A stretch of 64,000 nt of DNA, taken from Alphaproteobacteria bacterium. GTDB lineage: Bacteria > Pseudomonadota > Alphaproteobacteria > Rs-D84. Numbering within the stretch: the stretch's first letter is position 1; the number at the start of each line of letters is the position of its first letter. The stretch is from positions 4,193-68,192 of the forward strand of contig JAFQOQ010000021.1 of NCBI GenBank assembly GCA_017403085.1. The letters are read 5' to 3'. The notes under the pieces are model-generated. The model was not told the DNA's origin and ran no database searches. It worked only from the letters and a program-made list of their open reading frames with translations. Shown piece by piece: positions 17,712 through 28,098 of this stretch. Both the position numbers and the translations under genes were made by a program.

Positions 17712-18662
17712 CTACTCTCCCCTAAACAATTCCAAAACCTTAGCCCGAACATTTTCCAGTGTATCTTTCACAACAGCACCCGCAGCCAGCTGATGACCAC
17801 CGCCCCCCAGACTTTCTGCAATGTGATTTATTGGTTTGCTGCGACTGCGAATAGACACACCAATTTGTTCCGCCTTTTGTTCCTTCAATAAAACTATGTA
17901 ATCCACACCCTGTATTTGTCCCAACAAATTCAACACAGTTTCACCACGCCCATCCAGATGTTTATAATCCTTTTTACAAATCGTCGCCAGCGCCAAACGA
18001 TGATGATAAAAGAATTCTGCTGTTGCCGCAGTACGCGCTTCTAACTGCACTGTTTTGCGTGGTTTATTATTCATCATTTCGATTAATTCACGAATATTGA
18101 CCCCATAATCGACCAAATCAGCCATTATCCGTAACGCGTTTCCACGTCTAACAAATTTAAAATTACCTGTATCTGTCAGAATTCCGACCGCCAATAACTT
18201 TGCCACATTAATATCGTACTTCAATTCTTGGGACTTCATCATTTGATAAACAATCTCTGCTGTTGCAGCCGCCCCAGTATCATTTAAACACAACGTTCCG
18301 ACATTATTATCATTTTTATGATGATCGATTTCTGCAATAAACCGCGCATTATCTACAATTAGTTGCGCACCACCAATATGAATTGGGTTACCGTAATCCA
18401 GAACAATCGCTACATCAAAAATCTGTGATAAATCCACACGTTCAAAATACTTAATCCGCGTTCGCAACGGCACCCCATCTAAACAATCAGGAATATTCCC
18501 ATCATACACACACACAGGTTTTATACCAAAATTTAATTCAATCAAACGCGCCAACGCCAACACACTGCACAACGAATCGCCATCAGGATTTTTATGTCCC
18601 ATAATCGCAACAGATTTTGCGTTTTTTATTACATTAAAAAATTCTTTTACTTTATTATCCAT
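17712..18662 (-). CDS. nrnA: DHH-family phosphoesterase (NrnA-like oligoribonuclease/pAp phosphatase)
   Basis: MGHKNPDGDSLCS, DHH, DTGNF and GGGGH motifs; 316 aa. Confidence 0.8.
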   Translation of the reverse strand: MDNKVKEFFNVIKNAKSVAIMGHKNPDGDSLCSVLALARLIELNFGIKPVCVYDGNIPDCLDGVPLRTRIKYFERVDLSQIFDVAIVLDYGNPIHIGGAQLIVDNARFIAEIDHHKNDNNVGTLCLNDTGAAATAEIVYQMMKSQELKYDINVAKLLAVGILTDTGNFKFVRRGNALRIMADLVDYGVNIRELIEMMNNKPRKTVQLEARTAATAEFFYHHRLALATICKKDYKHLDGRGETVLNLLGQIQGVDYIVLLKEQKAEQIGVSIRSRSKPINHIAESLGGGGHQLAAGAVVKDTLENVRAKVLELFRGE

Positions 18663-18666
18663 AATA

Positions 18667-20412
18667 TTATATCGCTATATCTTCCAAGAAAAACTGCGCA
18701 TTGACACGACCATTATATTCATTTTCTTTTAATCGTCCCAACATCATTATTTTAGTATTTGTATTTACATCGTCCAGCAGAAAATCACCAACCGGCGTAC
18801 CAACTAAATTAAACCCAACAAATTGTAATTGGGCACCACTGCTGGTACTAACAGTCCCGCGCAAGTGTGCGCCACTGCCCATAATGGTTGCATGTCGCAA
18901 TACCGCCCCATGTAATACCAGCACCGGCTCTGGATTTCCCTGGCCAAATGGTTCCAACCCCGCCAATCTATTTACCAATTTCATACTGGCGGCCCCAGAA
19001 TCCAATTCCGCATCCACCTGTACTTCTGGCGCAGGCATTTCACCATTTAGTTGTTCTTTCACCGCCTGTTCCAAGAACTGACAAAACTTATCTTCATTTC
19101 CGGCATCCAACGAAAAACCTGCCGCTGCTGCATGACCACCGCCTTCAGAAATAACACCCGCCGCCAGCGCATCATGAATTATTTTACCCAAATCGATTCC
19201 AGCAATCGAACGGCCCGACCCATTTATAACACCATCAGATTTGGTTGCAACACATGACGGCAAATTAAACTTATCTTTCAATCGTCCCGCAATAATCCCC
19301 ATAACACCGCCATGCCAATTATCACCACATATAAACAGACTGCAACAACCCTTGGCGCAACAATCTTCTGCCATTTCCTGGGCGCGCAACATAATTGCAT
19401 TTTGAATATCAATACGCTCCTGATTCATATCATGCAATTTATGTGCTAAATCATTGGCAATCAATGGATTATCCGTCAGCAACAATTCCAACGCCGGCGC
19501 TGCTGAATCCAAACGCCCCGCCGCATTCAGTCGTGGCCCCAATGCAAATCCTGCGGCATACACAGATGGTTTTTTTATACCCGCGACATCCATCAACACA
19601 CGCAACCCCAGATTTTGTCGCAAACCTAAGACTTTTAATCCTGTCGTCACAAATGCGCGATTTAACCCCACCAGCGGCATCGTATCGCATATCGTCCCCA
19701 GTGCAACTAAGTCCATATAATTCATCAATTCTGAATTATCCATCCCACCACCACGGGATTTCAATTCACGATTAAGCGCAACCAACGTCAAGAACGCAAC
19801 ACCAACACCCGCCAAATACGACAATCCGGATGTATCATCTGCACGCTTTGGATTAACAACCGCATCTGCATCCGGCAATATTGCATCTGGCGAATGATGA
19901 TCCGTCACAACAACCTGCATTCCTAATTTTTTTGCAAACGCAACCTCTTGCAGACCGCTGATACCACAATCAACTGTCACAATCAGTTTTACGTCCTGGT
20001 GCGCAATATCTTCAACCGCTGCAACGTTTAACCCATACCCTTCACCCTCGCGCGTTGGCAGGTGCCATACCACATCTGTACCCAGCGCACGCAAATATTT
20101 CACAAAAATTGCAGTTGATGTGATTCCATCAACATCATAATCCCCATATATTGCAATCTTATAATTATTTTGCACCGCATCTGCGATGACACGCGCAGCC
20201 ACATCCATATCCATCAACACAGACGGATCTGGCATATATTCTTTGATACTTGGGTTTAGAAATTTTTTGACGTTATCATCACCTATGACACCACGACTTT
20301 GTAAAATTTTCTGGACCAAATTATCTTTTACTGCCTGGTTATCAAAAACACAATCTTCCTGCACCGTCACCCATGCTTTACCCAGCATGGATTTATCCAC
20401 TATCTTTCTCAC
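18667..20412 (-). CDS. recJ: Single-stranded-DNA-specific exonuclease RecJ
   Basis: 581 aa. IAIYGDYDVDGITS, VTVDCGIS, VVTDHH, GGGHAAAAG. The start is a GTG; an alternative ATG is at 20388. Confidence 0.9.
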   Translation of the reverse strand: MRKIVDKSMLGKAWVTVQEDCVFDNQAVKDNLVQKILQSRGVIGDDNVKKFLNPSIKEYMPDPSVLMDMDVAARVIADAVQNNYKIAIYGDYDVDGITSTAIFVKYLRALGTDVVWHLPTREGEGYGLNVAAVEDIAHQDVKLIVTVDCGISGLQEVAFAKKLGMQVVVTDHHSPDAILPDADAVVNPKRADDTSGLSYLAGVGVAFLTLVALNRELKSRGGGMDNSELMNYMDLVALGTICDTMPLVGLNRAFVTTGLKVLGLRQNLGLRVLMDVAGIKKPSVYAAGFALGPRLNAAGRLDSAAPALELLLTDNPLIANDLAHKLHDMNQERIDIQNAIMLRAQEMAEDCCAKGCCSLFICGDNWHGGVMGIIAGRLKDKFNLPSCVATKSDGVINGSGRSIAGIDLGKIIHDALAAGVISEGGGHAAAAGFSLDAGNEDKFCQFLEQAVKEQLNGEMPAPEVQVDAELDSGAASMKLVNRLAGLEPFGQGNPEPVLVLHGAVLRHATIMGSGAHLRGTVSTSSGAQLQFVGFNLVGTPVGDFLLDDVNTNTKIMMLGRLKENEYNGRVNAQFFLEDIAI

Positions 20413-20455
20413 GCTATACTCTTTTTTTTATTATCAAGAGTATTATAATCAAAAA

Positions 20456-22093
20456 TTATTCAAATAGCAACGGCAGGATACTATCAAGAATTTTTCCCGT
20501 TGTTGGCACCGCATTCCACGCAGCCGTACGCCACCCCCATGATTCTTTTGTTCCCTGTGGTTCATCCAAAACAACCAATATAGTATATTGCGGTGCATTG
20601 GCGGGGAATATTCCTGCAAAGGCCGTAATATTACGTTTTTTATCAATTTTTCCATTTGTATATTTTTCTGCAGTTGCGGTTTTACCACCAATTTGAATAC
20701 CTGCAACCCTGGCTTTTTTTCCACTCGTCTCTTCTGCGACACGCAACATAATCGGGCGCAATTTTGCAGAAATTTCATCTGCCAACACACGTTCGCCCCG
20801 CACACGCAAATCGTCTGCACCACGCCGCTGTAGCGTCGGATAAACATAGATACCCCCATTTGTCACCGCATTCACAGCCAGCATTAAATGCATTGGCGTA
20901 ACTGCATACCCCTGGCCGAACGCCACTGTTGCACGTTCTACCGGCCCCCACTTGCGTTGCGGAATACTGTTTTCAGTACGCCCCATTTCCAGATTTAAAG
21001 CCTTGTCCATATGTAATCTTTCAAAGAATTCTTTTTGCGCCCCATCGGGCAATTCCAATGCAATCTGCGCACTGCCAACATTACAAGAATGCACCATAAT
21101 TTCTTCTACATTAATACTTGGGCGTGGTGGTTTAAAACTGCGAATATCGGTAATATATTTTGCAACCCGCCCAAATTTATCATGTATTGGAAATGGTTTT
21201 GCAACGAAATATTCTTTTTCGACATCGATTCCATTTTCCAATGCCAACGCAGTATTAAATATTTTGAATATAGACCCCATTTCAAACACGCTTCGCATTG
21301 GCTTAAACAATCGATTTGCCACCGGATCTGCAGACAAATTTTCCGGATCAAAATCAGGCAACGACACCATTGCGATAATCTCGCCCGTACTGGAATTCAT
21401 CAGCATTCCCATCGCCGCTTTCGTCTGATATTTTTGCATTGCATATGACAACTGCTCATAGAATACGGCCTGAATTCTTGAATCAACAGACAAACGCAAT
21501 GGATCTGTATTTTCACTTAAATATTCATCATATTTACGCTCTACCCCTTCTAACCCATGTCCATCACTGCCCACGAAACCGACGACATGCGAAAACAATC
21601 GACGTTTTGGATATCTGCGCGTTTGAACATTTTCGACTTCCAATCCTTCCAACTTTGCTTTCTTAACAATATCCCGCTGGGCATCACTGGCATATTTTTT
21701 CAAATACATAAAACTTTTATTAGAATTAACCAACTTTAACGCATCTGCCAACGAATATTCGTATGGCATGGCCTGGTGAATTACTTGCGCAACCGCATCC
21801 CTATCTTTAACCGCATTTGTACGCAGCATAATATGCCCAGACACAACATTTTTCGCCAAAATGTCACCATTTCTATCGACGATATCTGCGCGTTGCACAA
21901 TCCATTGACCATCCGCACCGGCCAAACGCGTCTTATCTGTCCCCTGAATTCCATACCACAGCGTCCATCCCGCGAACACAAGGAACGCCCACTTAAACAC
22001 CTGATACATAAAGCGCACACGCCCACGCGCAGACGTGTCCATTTCGCGCCCATTCATTGCAAACCTAGAAATATCTTTGCCAACTTCAAACAT
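20456..22093 (-). CDS. ftsI: Peptidoglycan D,D-transpeptidase FtsI (class B PBP)
   Basis: N-terminal TM. SxxK as GSIFK, SxN as HSCN, and KT(G/A) as GGKTATA. TGATG overlap with ftsL. Confidence 0.85.
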   Translation of the reverse strand: MFEVGKDISRFAMNGREMDTSARGRVRFMYQVFKWAFLVFAGWTLWYGIQGTDKTRLAGADGQWIVQRADIVDRNGDILAKNVVSGHIMLRTNAVKDRDAVAQVIHQAMPYEYSLADALKLVNSNKSFMYLKKYASDAQRDIVKKAKLEGLEVENVQTRRYPKRRLFSHVVGFVGSDGHGLEGVERKYDEYLSENTDPLRLSVDSRIQAVFYEQLSYAMQKYQTKAAMGMLMNSSTGEIIAMVSLPDFDPENLSADPVANRLFKPMRSVFEMGSIFKIFNTALALENGIDVEKEYFVAKPFPIHDKFGRVAKYITDIRSFKPPRPSINVEEIMVHSCNVGSAQIALELPDGAQKEFFERLHMDKALNLEMGRTENSIPQRKWGPVERATVAFGQGYAVTPMHLMLAVNAVTNGGIYVYPTLQRRGADDLRVRGERVLADEISAKLRPIMLRVAEETSGKKARVAGIQIGGKTATAEKYTNGKIDKKRNITAFAGIFPANAPQYTILVVLDEPQGTKESWGWRTAAWNAVPTTGKILDSILPLLFE

Positions 22094-22383
22094 CACAATT
22101 CTTTATTTGGTAAATCCTGTATTGCGACTGATTTTTGGAAACTGACCACTTCTGATTTTGGTGCAACACTAACCACCAAATTTCTCAGAATTTCAGGGCG
22201 CACATATGCGGCAAAATTCGCCTGTGCGACGGCAATCGCCTGTTGCGTTTGAACAATTTCGCGACGCACACTATTTCTGGTACGATGCTGTGTCCGAAAG
22301 CAAACCTGCAATCCGACAGTCACCATCATCATGATTCCCATCGCCCACAGACCAATCTGAAACATTTTTTCGTCTTCGTTCAT
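22093..22383 (-). CDS. ftsL: Cell division protein FtsL-like
   Basis: 96 aa, single TM followed by a coiled segment, immediately upstream of ftsI. The ATG at 22383 has the SD GAGAGGGA. Confidence 0.55.
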   Translation of the reverse strand: MNEDEKMFQIGLWAMGIMMMVTVGLQVCFRTQHRTRNSVRREIVQTQQAIAVAQANFAAYVRPEILRNLVVSVAPKSEVVSFQKSVAIQDLPNKEL

Positions 22384-22419
22384 AATCCCTCTCGCCACAT
22401 ACCTATCAGATGCATTTTA

Positions 22420-22782
22420 TCATAAATTCTGCAAAAAACGAATCATAGAATTAACCCCGTTTAATCGTCCGGCCCCCAGGTTTAAATTTAGTCCTGCAAA
22501 TTCTGTCCAAATATCCATTTTACGAATTTCATCTGGGCTTTTTCCATCAACCATTGCAACAATTAGCGCCACAACACCACGCACCAACGCAGAATCAGCC
22601 GTGGCAAAAAAATTTGTTCCCCGTCTGCAAATTTGCACAAAAGATGCACATCCATGAATTTCATGACATTCCGCATCATCCGGCACAGGCGGCAATGCAG
22701 CCCCAAAATCCATAACCAATTCCAAACGCGCAACCGGATTATCCACCATCATCAGGGCATTTTTCATATCTTGATATGTCAT
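22420..22782 (-). CDS. sufE: Cysteine desulfuration protein SufE
   Basis: 120 aa. Active-site context HEIHGCASFVQI and C-terminal GLNLNLGAGRLNGVNSMI. Confidence 0.85.
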   Translation of the reverse strand: MTYQDMKNALMMVDNPVARLELVMDFGAALPPVPDDAECHEIHGCASFVQICRRGTNFFATADSALVRGVVALIVAMVDGKSPDEIRKMDIWTEFAGLNLNLGAGRLNGVNSMIRFLQNL

Positions 22783-22786
22783 ACAC

Positions 22787-23101
22787 CTACCATCCTTGAT
22801 TTGTTAAATCTAATTCCAACCGTGCGGCATCTGACATACGCGACAAATCCCACGGTGGATCCCAAACCAATTCCACACGCACTGGCACATCACCTGTCAC
22901 TGCCTGAACCACAGAATTAACCTGTTGCATCAATTCTTCCATCATCGGACAGGTTGGGCTAGTAAAAGTCATTTTAATAACAACATCTGTATTTGATATT
23001 TTTATATCATATATCAAACCCATATCCCAAATATTAACTGGGATTTCAGGATCATATACTGTTTTTAACGCACTGATAATATCGTCTTTTGTAAAGTTCA
23101 T
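22787..23101 (-). CDS. sufT: Fe-S assembly protein SufT (DUF59/MIP18 family)
   Basis: 104 aa. VYDPEIPVNIWDMGLIY...TFTSPTCPM is the DUF59 signature. Confidence 0.8.
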   Translation of the reverse strand: MNFTKDDIISALKTVYDPEIPVNIWDMGLIYDIKISNTDVVIKMTFTSPTCPMMEELMQQVNSVVQAVTGDVPVRVELVWDPPWDLSRMSDAARLELDLTNQGW

Positions 23102-24201
23102 TTTAACACTTCTTTAATATATTGCACCGCCTGACGCACATCATCCATGGTATTATATCCACCAACAGACAAACGCACCGAACCATTTATCCCCAACAGT
23201 TTATGCACCCACGACGCACACATATTACCGACACGGGCGCACACACCACGCGCCCCAATTAGTGCCCCAAAATCCAACGCATGCATCCCATCGACCACAA
23301 ATGTCAATAGTGCCGCATCACGCATGGTTAATATCTTTACACGATTGATTTGCGACAATTCATCATACATATATTTTATCAAATTTAAATCAGGCCGATT
23401 ATGTTCCAGTGCATCTATTGCCGGAATCAGTCCTGCAATCTGCGTCAGTGGCAACGTCCCTGCTTCAAAAACGTCTGGTGCATCCATCAAGACTAATTGC
23501 CCATCATCTTGAATACGGCGCAACATCCCGCCACCAAATTTTACAGGCATAAACCGATTCGGATTTTTTATATATAAAATTCCCAATCCTGTATCTGCAC
23601 CTATTTTATGCCCAGAAAAACACATAAAATCACAATCCCATGCAAACACATCTATTTTTTCATGCACAACAAATTGCGCCGCATCGACAACAGTTATCAC
23701 ATCTGGATTTTTTTCACGCGCCGCCCTAATAATTTCTGCGACATTCTGTGGTCGCCCCATTACATTAGACATCGCCGTTATAACAAAAATATCTGCATAT
23801 GGAATATTATCTATATCAATATCATATTCTGCATTTAATCCACATACAAACACACGCCCTGCTTTATCTTCTATACGCTGTGCAAAAGGCAATCTGGCAC
23901 TATGATGATCTAAATCAGACACCAACAATTTTGTTCTTGCCGACATTGGCAACATATTTGCAATTAAATTCATCCCATCTGTTGTGCCCGACGTAAAGAC
24001 GACCTGGTCCGCCCGTGCGTTTATAAAACCTGCAACACGTGCCCGACTACGTGCCACCATATCATCAACCGCCACCGCGCGCGCACAAACACCCCGTCCA
24101 GAATTTGCATATTTATTTTGCAAAAAATCGATTTGTGCATCAATTACCGCATCTGTTTTTTGATAACTGGCCGCCGCATCTAAGTATATGATTTTATTCA
24201 T
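23098..24201 (-). CDS. sufS: Cysteine desulfurase (class V aminotransferase, SufS/CsdA-like)
   Basis: PLP lysine context FSGHKIG, C-terminal RVGNMCA active-site Cys, 367 aa. Overlaps sufT. Confidence 0.85.
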   Translation of the reverse strand: MNKIIYLDAAASYQKTDAVIDAQIDFLQNKYANSGRGVCARAVAVDDMVARSRARVAGFINARADQVVFTSGTTDGMNLIANMLPMSARTKLLVSDLDHHSARLPFAQRIEDKAGRVFVCGLNAEYDIDIDNIPYADIFVITAMSNVMGRPQNVAEIIRAAREKNPDVITVVDAAQFVVHEKIDVFAWDCDFMCFSGHKIGADTGLGILYIKNPNRFMPVKFGGGMLRRIQDDGQLVLMDAPDVFEAGTLPLTQIAGLIPAIDALEHNRPDLNLIKYMYDELSQINRVKILTMRDAALLTFVVDGMHALDFGALIGARGVCARVGNMCASWVHKLLGINGSVRLSVGGYNTMDDVRQAVQYIKEVLK

Positions 24202-24275
24202 TTTATGTTTTCTCTTGCTTTTTCATTTGATTATAATACACTCTTGCCAAATATCAATAACGAAGGAGAAAAAAG

Positions 24276-24593
24276 ATGGCACTAGAACACGCAAACGACA
24301 CAACATTCGATTCATTAATTGGCAACGGCATTACACTGGTTGATTTTTGGGCATCTTGGTGTGGTCCATGCCGTATGTTCGGCCCGATTTTTGAGTCTGC
24401 ATCTAATAAAGTTTCTGACGCAACATTTGTAAAATTTGAAATTGACGAGGCAAACCGACGTACGCCTGCAAAATACGGAATCCGCAGCATCCCCAGCATA
24501 TTGGCATTTAAAAATGGCGAATTAATCGAGGCCCGCACCGGCGTCATGGACGAAGAAACACTTATCCAATGGATACAAGAATTAAAAGGCTAA
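24276..24593 (+). CDS. trxA: Thioredoxin
   Basis: WASWCGPCR active site, 105 aa. Confidence 0.92.
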   Translation: MALEHANDTTFDSLIGNGITLVDFWASWCGPCRMFGPIFESASNKVSDATFVKFEIDEANRRTPAKYGIRSIPSILAFKNGELIEARTGVMDEETLIQWIQELKG

Positions 24594-24598
24594 TTACA

Positions 24599-25030
24599 AT
24601 GAGCAAACTAAACTACAAAACCCTAGAATTGCCATCTAATTACAAGCCCAAGAAATCAGAACCATACATGTGTCCTGAACAATTGGCATATTTTTATCAA
24701 ACACTATCTGCACAAAAAGCAGAACTGACCAGCGATCACGATTCGGTTCTTAATGCGGTACGCCTTGCCGACAAAACCGAAGCGGTTGGTGTTGGCGACG
24801 AATCGGACAACGCATCATATAATCAAGACATTACAATGGATTTACGCATGTCCGAACGCAACAATAAATTATTACAGAAAATAAATGCCGCCCTGGACAG
24901 AATCGAAAACGGCACATTTGGCTTCAGCGTTGTATCAGGCGACGAAATCGGTCTGCAACGCATGCTGGCCCGCCCATTGGCCACCATGACCATCGAAGAA
25001 CAAGAAGAATACGAACAGCGCCGTGGATAA
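24599..25030 (+). CDS. dksA: RNA polymerase-binding protein DksA (variant with no zinc-finger cysteines)
   Basis: 143 aa. Coiled-coil tip DESDNAS, C-terminal ALDRIENGTFGF.V.SGDEIGLQRMLARPLAT. All four canonical Cys positions are non-Cys. Confidence 0.78.
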   Translation: MSKLNYKTLELPSNYKPKKSEPYMCPEQLAYFYQTLSAQKAELTSDHDSVLNAVRLADKTEAVGVGDESDNASYNQDITMDLRMSERNNKLLQKINAALDRIENGTFGFSVVSGDEIGLQRMLARPLATMTIEEQEEYEQRRG

Positions 25031-25056
25031 AAAATCCCCCAGAACGGGGGATTTTT
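25030..25056. terminator. Bidirectional intrinsic terminator between dksA and tatA
   Basis: ATCCCCC-AGAAC-GGGGGAT (25034-25052) with an A-run before and a T-run after. Confidence 0.65.
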
Positions 25057-25285
25057 ATTTCTTTTTCACGACCTTGCGTGCCACAGGTTTCTTTTTTGCC
25101 ACCTGTTTTTTTGGTGCTTCCTTTTTTGGTTCAGACTTTTTCTTATCGTCTTTTAATTCCTTTTTAAATATATTCAGCCCATCTGCCAAATTTTTCATCA
25201 TTCCTGGAATCTTGTTTGATCCGAACAAAATCAGAACCAAAACAACAATAACCAGAATTTCTGCCCAACCAAAACGTCCAAACAT
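25055..25285 (-). CDS. tatA: Twin-arginine translocase subunit TatA
   Basis: MFGRFGWAEILVIVVLVLILFGSNKIPGMMKNLADG; 76 aa. Confidence 0.85.
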   Translation of the reverse strand: MFGRFGWAEILVIVVLVLILFGSNKIPGMMKNLADGLNIFKKELKDDKKKSEPKKEAPKKQVAKKKPVARKVVKKK

Positions 25286-25300
25286 TTTTTATCCTTTTAA

Positions 25301-26104
25301 TTATTTTGCAACATAGCAATCCAAACCATCGGACTTTGCATTTCGACAGAATCCATTTGCATCACTTGCATTCTGGAACGCGACACGCAATCTGTATGTT
25401 GTTGTCCCATTTTTCAACTGCGCCGCCAAGATAACAAATTGCTGGCCTACAAACAAACTCTGGTGTGCGGCACGAATCTGACGCTGTGCATTTTCTGCCA
25501 ATGCACGACTGCTGTATGATCCAAACTGTACATACCACCCTGCCGCCGGTTTAGCAACCACTGGCTTTGCCGCGGGTTTTGGCGCCGCTTTTTTCACCGC
25601 TGGCTTTGCGGCTGCCTCTTGCTTTTTTGCAACTGGCTGTGGGGTGGCTACCTTTGGTGCCGCGGCCGGATTAAATGTCACCTCTTTACGTTCTTCGACA
25701 ACACGCACTGGCACACCCGCCGTTGGCTGTACAGGCTGTGGTTGCGCCACAGGCTGTGGTTTCGGTGCTGGCTTTGCCGCTGGCGCAGGTTGTGGATTTG
25801 GCGCCACCTGAACCGGCTGAACCGGTGGCATCACATTCATATCAACTGGGACACCTGCCCCTTCGACAACCACTGCAGGCGCATCTAAATCCACCTCTAT
25901 TGATGAAGATGACGAATCGCCGGCAAATTTAACAATAATATACGTCGATAAAACAATCGCCACCAACCCGATTGACAACAGCAACCATGGTTTCTTTGGG
26001 CGTGGCGCTGCAAACGGCGCCGCATCTGGCAACGCATCCATAGATGAGTTATCGTCTAAATCTAATAAGTCCAAGTTGTCATCATTCATATCAGGTCCCC
26101 CCAT
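25301..26104 (-). CDS. SPOR-domain protein with a TM anchor and a Pro/Ala/Gln-rich linker
   Basis: The C-terminus GWYVQFGSYSSRALAENAQ...YRLRVAFQNASDANGFC is a SPOR domain. The start may instead be the ATG at 26089. Confidence 0.8.
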   Translation of the reverse strand: MGGPDMNDDNLDLLDLDDNSSMDALPDAAPFAAPRPKKPWLLLSIGLVAIVLSTYIIVKFAGDSSSSSIEVDLDAPAVVVEGAGVPVDMNVMPPVQPVQVAPNPQPAPAAKPAPKPQPVAQPQPVQPTAGVPVRVVEERKEVTFNPAAAPKVATPQPVAKKQEAAAKPAVKKAAPKPAAKPVVAKPAAGWYVQFGSYSSRALAENAQRQIRAAHQSLFVGQQFVILAAQLKNGTTTYRLRVAFQNASDANGFCRNAKSDGLDCYVAK

Positions 26105-26165
26105 ATTTCATTATGGACATTATATCATAAAAAACGCCAAAGACAAAATGCTTTGACGTAAAATA

Positions 26166-26309
26166 TTATTTTGGCATTTGTCCAAAATTTGGTGGCACAA
26201 TCAGTTTATGATTTTCTTCGACAATTGGTTCCACTTCGCACTTTTTTGCGCACCCCGTCACCATCATCGGCACCACCGCCAACGCAATTACAAGAATTAC
26301 TTTTTTCAT
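26166..26309 (-). CDS. Small lipoprotein (47 aa, below the ORF-track cutoff)
   Basis: MKKVILVIALAVVPMMVTGCAKK... with lipobox VTGC and a strong SD (AAGGGGGAAA) 5 nt upstream of the ATG at 26309. Confidence 0.45.
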   Translation of the reverse strand: MKKVILVIALAVVPMMVTGCAKKCEVEPIVEENHKLIVPPNFGQMPK

Positions 26310-26364
26310 CGCATTTCCCCCTTCTTATTTTTATGGGGCAGTTTTTTACCCTGCCCCATTATTT

Positions 26365-28098
26365 TTACAAAGGCATTTTGACACTATCTTGCATCATCTG
26401 CACAAATTCTGCCAGTGGCATAGATTCTTGCTTTTCTACACCCAAACGACGCAACGTCACCATTTTATCCGCGGCTTCTTTTTCACCAACAACGGCAATT
26501 ATTGGTGTTTTGGCCAATGATAATTCACGGATTTTATAATTAACCTTTTCATCGCGCAAATCGGCACGCGTATTTACACCAACTGCGCGCAACGCCGCCA
26601 CCACTTCTTTTGCATATTCTGCATGTTTTTCAGAAATTGGTGCAACAACAACTGGTTCTGGACTCAGCCACAGTGGCAAATTGCCCCCCGTTGATTCCAG
26701 CAAGATTCCCATAAAGCGTTCAATTGACCCCAACATTGCACGATGCAACATAATTGGGCGATGCTTTTCACCATCTTCGCCAACATAACTCAAATCAAAA
26801 CGTTCCGGCAGATTCATATCCAATTGAACGGTTCCACACTGCCATACGCGCCCCATCGAATCGCGCAGATAGTTATCAATTTTAGGCCCATAGAACGCCG
26901 CGTCCCCTTCGGCAATTTCAAACTCAATACCGTTTGATTCCAGCGCATGCTTTAATGCGCCTTCTGCCTTGTCCCAGATTTCATCCGACCCGATACGGAA
27001 CTCAGATTCCTTGCGTGTGGCCAATTTCATCGTAATTTTATCAAATCCAAATTTGCCGTAAATATCCTTGATAAAGCGCAGGATTTTTACAACTTCTTCT
27101 TCTAACTGTTCTTCTGTACAGAAAATATGCGCATCGTCCTGGGTAAATTCACGAACGCGCAAAATACCGGACAAACCACCCGCCGCTTCATAGCGATGAA
27201 CCTTGCCAAATTCAGCCATATATAATGGCAAATCTTTATACGAACGCAACCCATGCCCAAAGACCAGCATACCACCCGGACAAGACATTGGTTTAATACA
27301 AAACACCTTGCCGTCTTGGGTTTTACCGGAATAATTGTGTTCCCCATATTTTGCCCAGTGGCCCGAACGTTCCCACAAACATCTGTCCATAACCGCCGGT
27401 GTTGAAATTTCCTGATATCCAGCCAATTCTTGACGACGGCGAACAAATTCAATCAACTTGCGATACATTTTGTACCCTTTATCATGCCAGAACACCGCGC
27501 CCGGCGCATATTCTGGTTCAAAGTGGAACAAATCCATATCTTTGCCCAGTTTGCGATTATCACGCGCGGCGGCTTCTTCCTGCATTTTCAAGAAATTATC
27601 CAATTCTTCTTTTGTTGCGAACGCATCAACATAGATACGTTGTAACATTTTATTTTTCGCATCCCCCTTCCAATACGCGCCCGCCACACTGCGGATTTTG
27701 AAGGCGTCGCGTGGTAAATCTTTGGAAGATTCAACGTGTGGCCCGCGACACAAATCAACGAAATCACGGAAAGTATAGATTGATAAATCTTCGCCCTTCG
27801 CATCATACTCATTCAACCATTCCATTTTATATGGCTGTGCGGCAAAGATTTCCTTGGCCTCTGCCAGCGAAACATTACGCTGTTCAAAACGTCCATTTGA
27901 TTTGATTAAATCCCGCATTTCCTTTTCAATTTTCGCAAAGTCTTCTTCGGAAAAACGATAATCTGTATCAAAATCATAATAGAACCCGTTTTCAATTGCC
28001 GGCCCACCCGCAAACTTAACATCTGGGTGCAATTTTTTAACGGCCGCCGCCATAACGTGCGCCAGCGAATGACGAATCAATTCAATATCATACGACAT
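26365..28098 (-). CDS. thrS: Threonine--tRNA ligase (no N-terminal TGS domain)
   Basis: 577 aa. Starts at the editing domain (IRHSLAHVMAAAV). Class II motifs and the anticodon-binding domain are present. Confidence 0.93.
   Translation of the reverse strand: MSYDIELIRHSLAHVMAAAVKKLHPDVKFAGGPAIENGFYYDFDTDYRFSEEDFAKIEKEMRDLIKSNGRFEQRNVSLAEAKEIFAAQPYKMEWLNEYDAKGEDLSIYTFRDFVDLCRGPHVESSKDLPRDAFKIRSVAGAYWKGDAKNKMLQRIYVDAFATKEELDNFLKMQEEAAARDNRKLGKDMDLFHFEPEYAPGAVFWHDKGYKMYRKLIEFVRRRQELAGYQEISTPAVMDRCLWERSGHWAKYGEHNYSGKTQDGKVFCIKPMSCPGGMLVFGHGLRSYKDLPLYMAEFGKVHRYEAAGGLSGILRVREFTQDDAHIFCTEEQLEEEVVKILRFIKDIYGKFGFDKITMKLATRKESEFRIGSDEIWDKAEGALKHALESNGIEFEIAEGDAAFYGPKIDNYLRDSMGRVWQCGTVQLDMNLPERFDLSYVGEDGEKHRPIMLHRAMLGSIERFMGILLESTGGNLPLWLSPEPVVVAPISEKHAEYAKEVVAALRAVGVNTRADLRDEKVNYKIRELSLAKTPIIAVVGEKEAADKMVTLRRLGVEKQESMPLAEFVQMMQDSVKMPL

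Noticed and set aside
26330-26362. The ATGGGGCAG...CTGCCCCAT hairpin just downstream of the thrS stop; considered as a terminator.
   Set aside because: On the minus strand (the thrS direction) it is not followed by a U-run. It may be a processing or stability stem, but it is not a confident intrinsic terminator.
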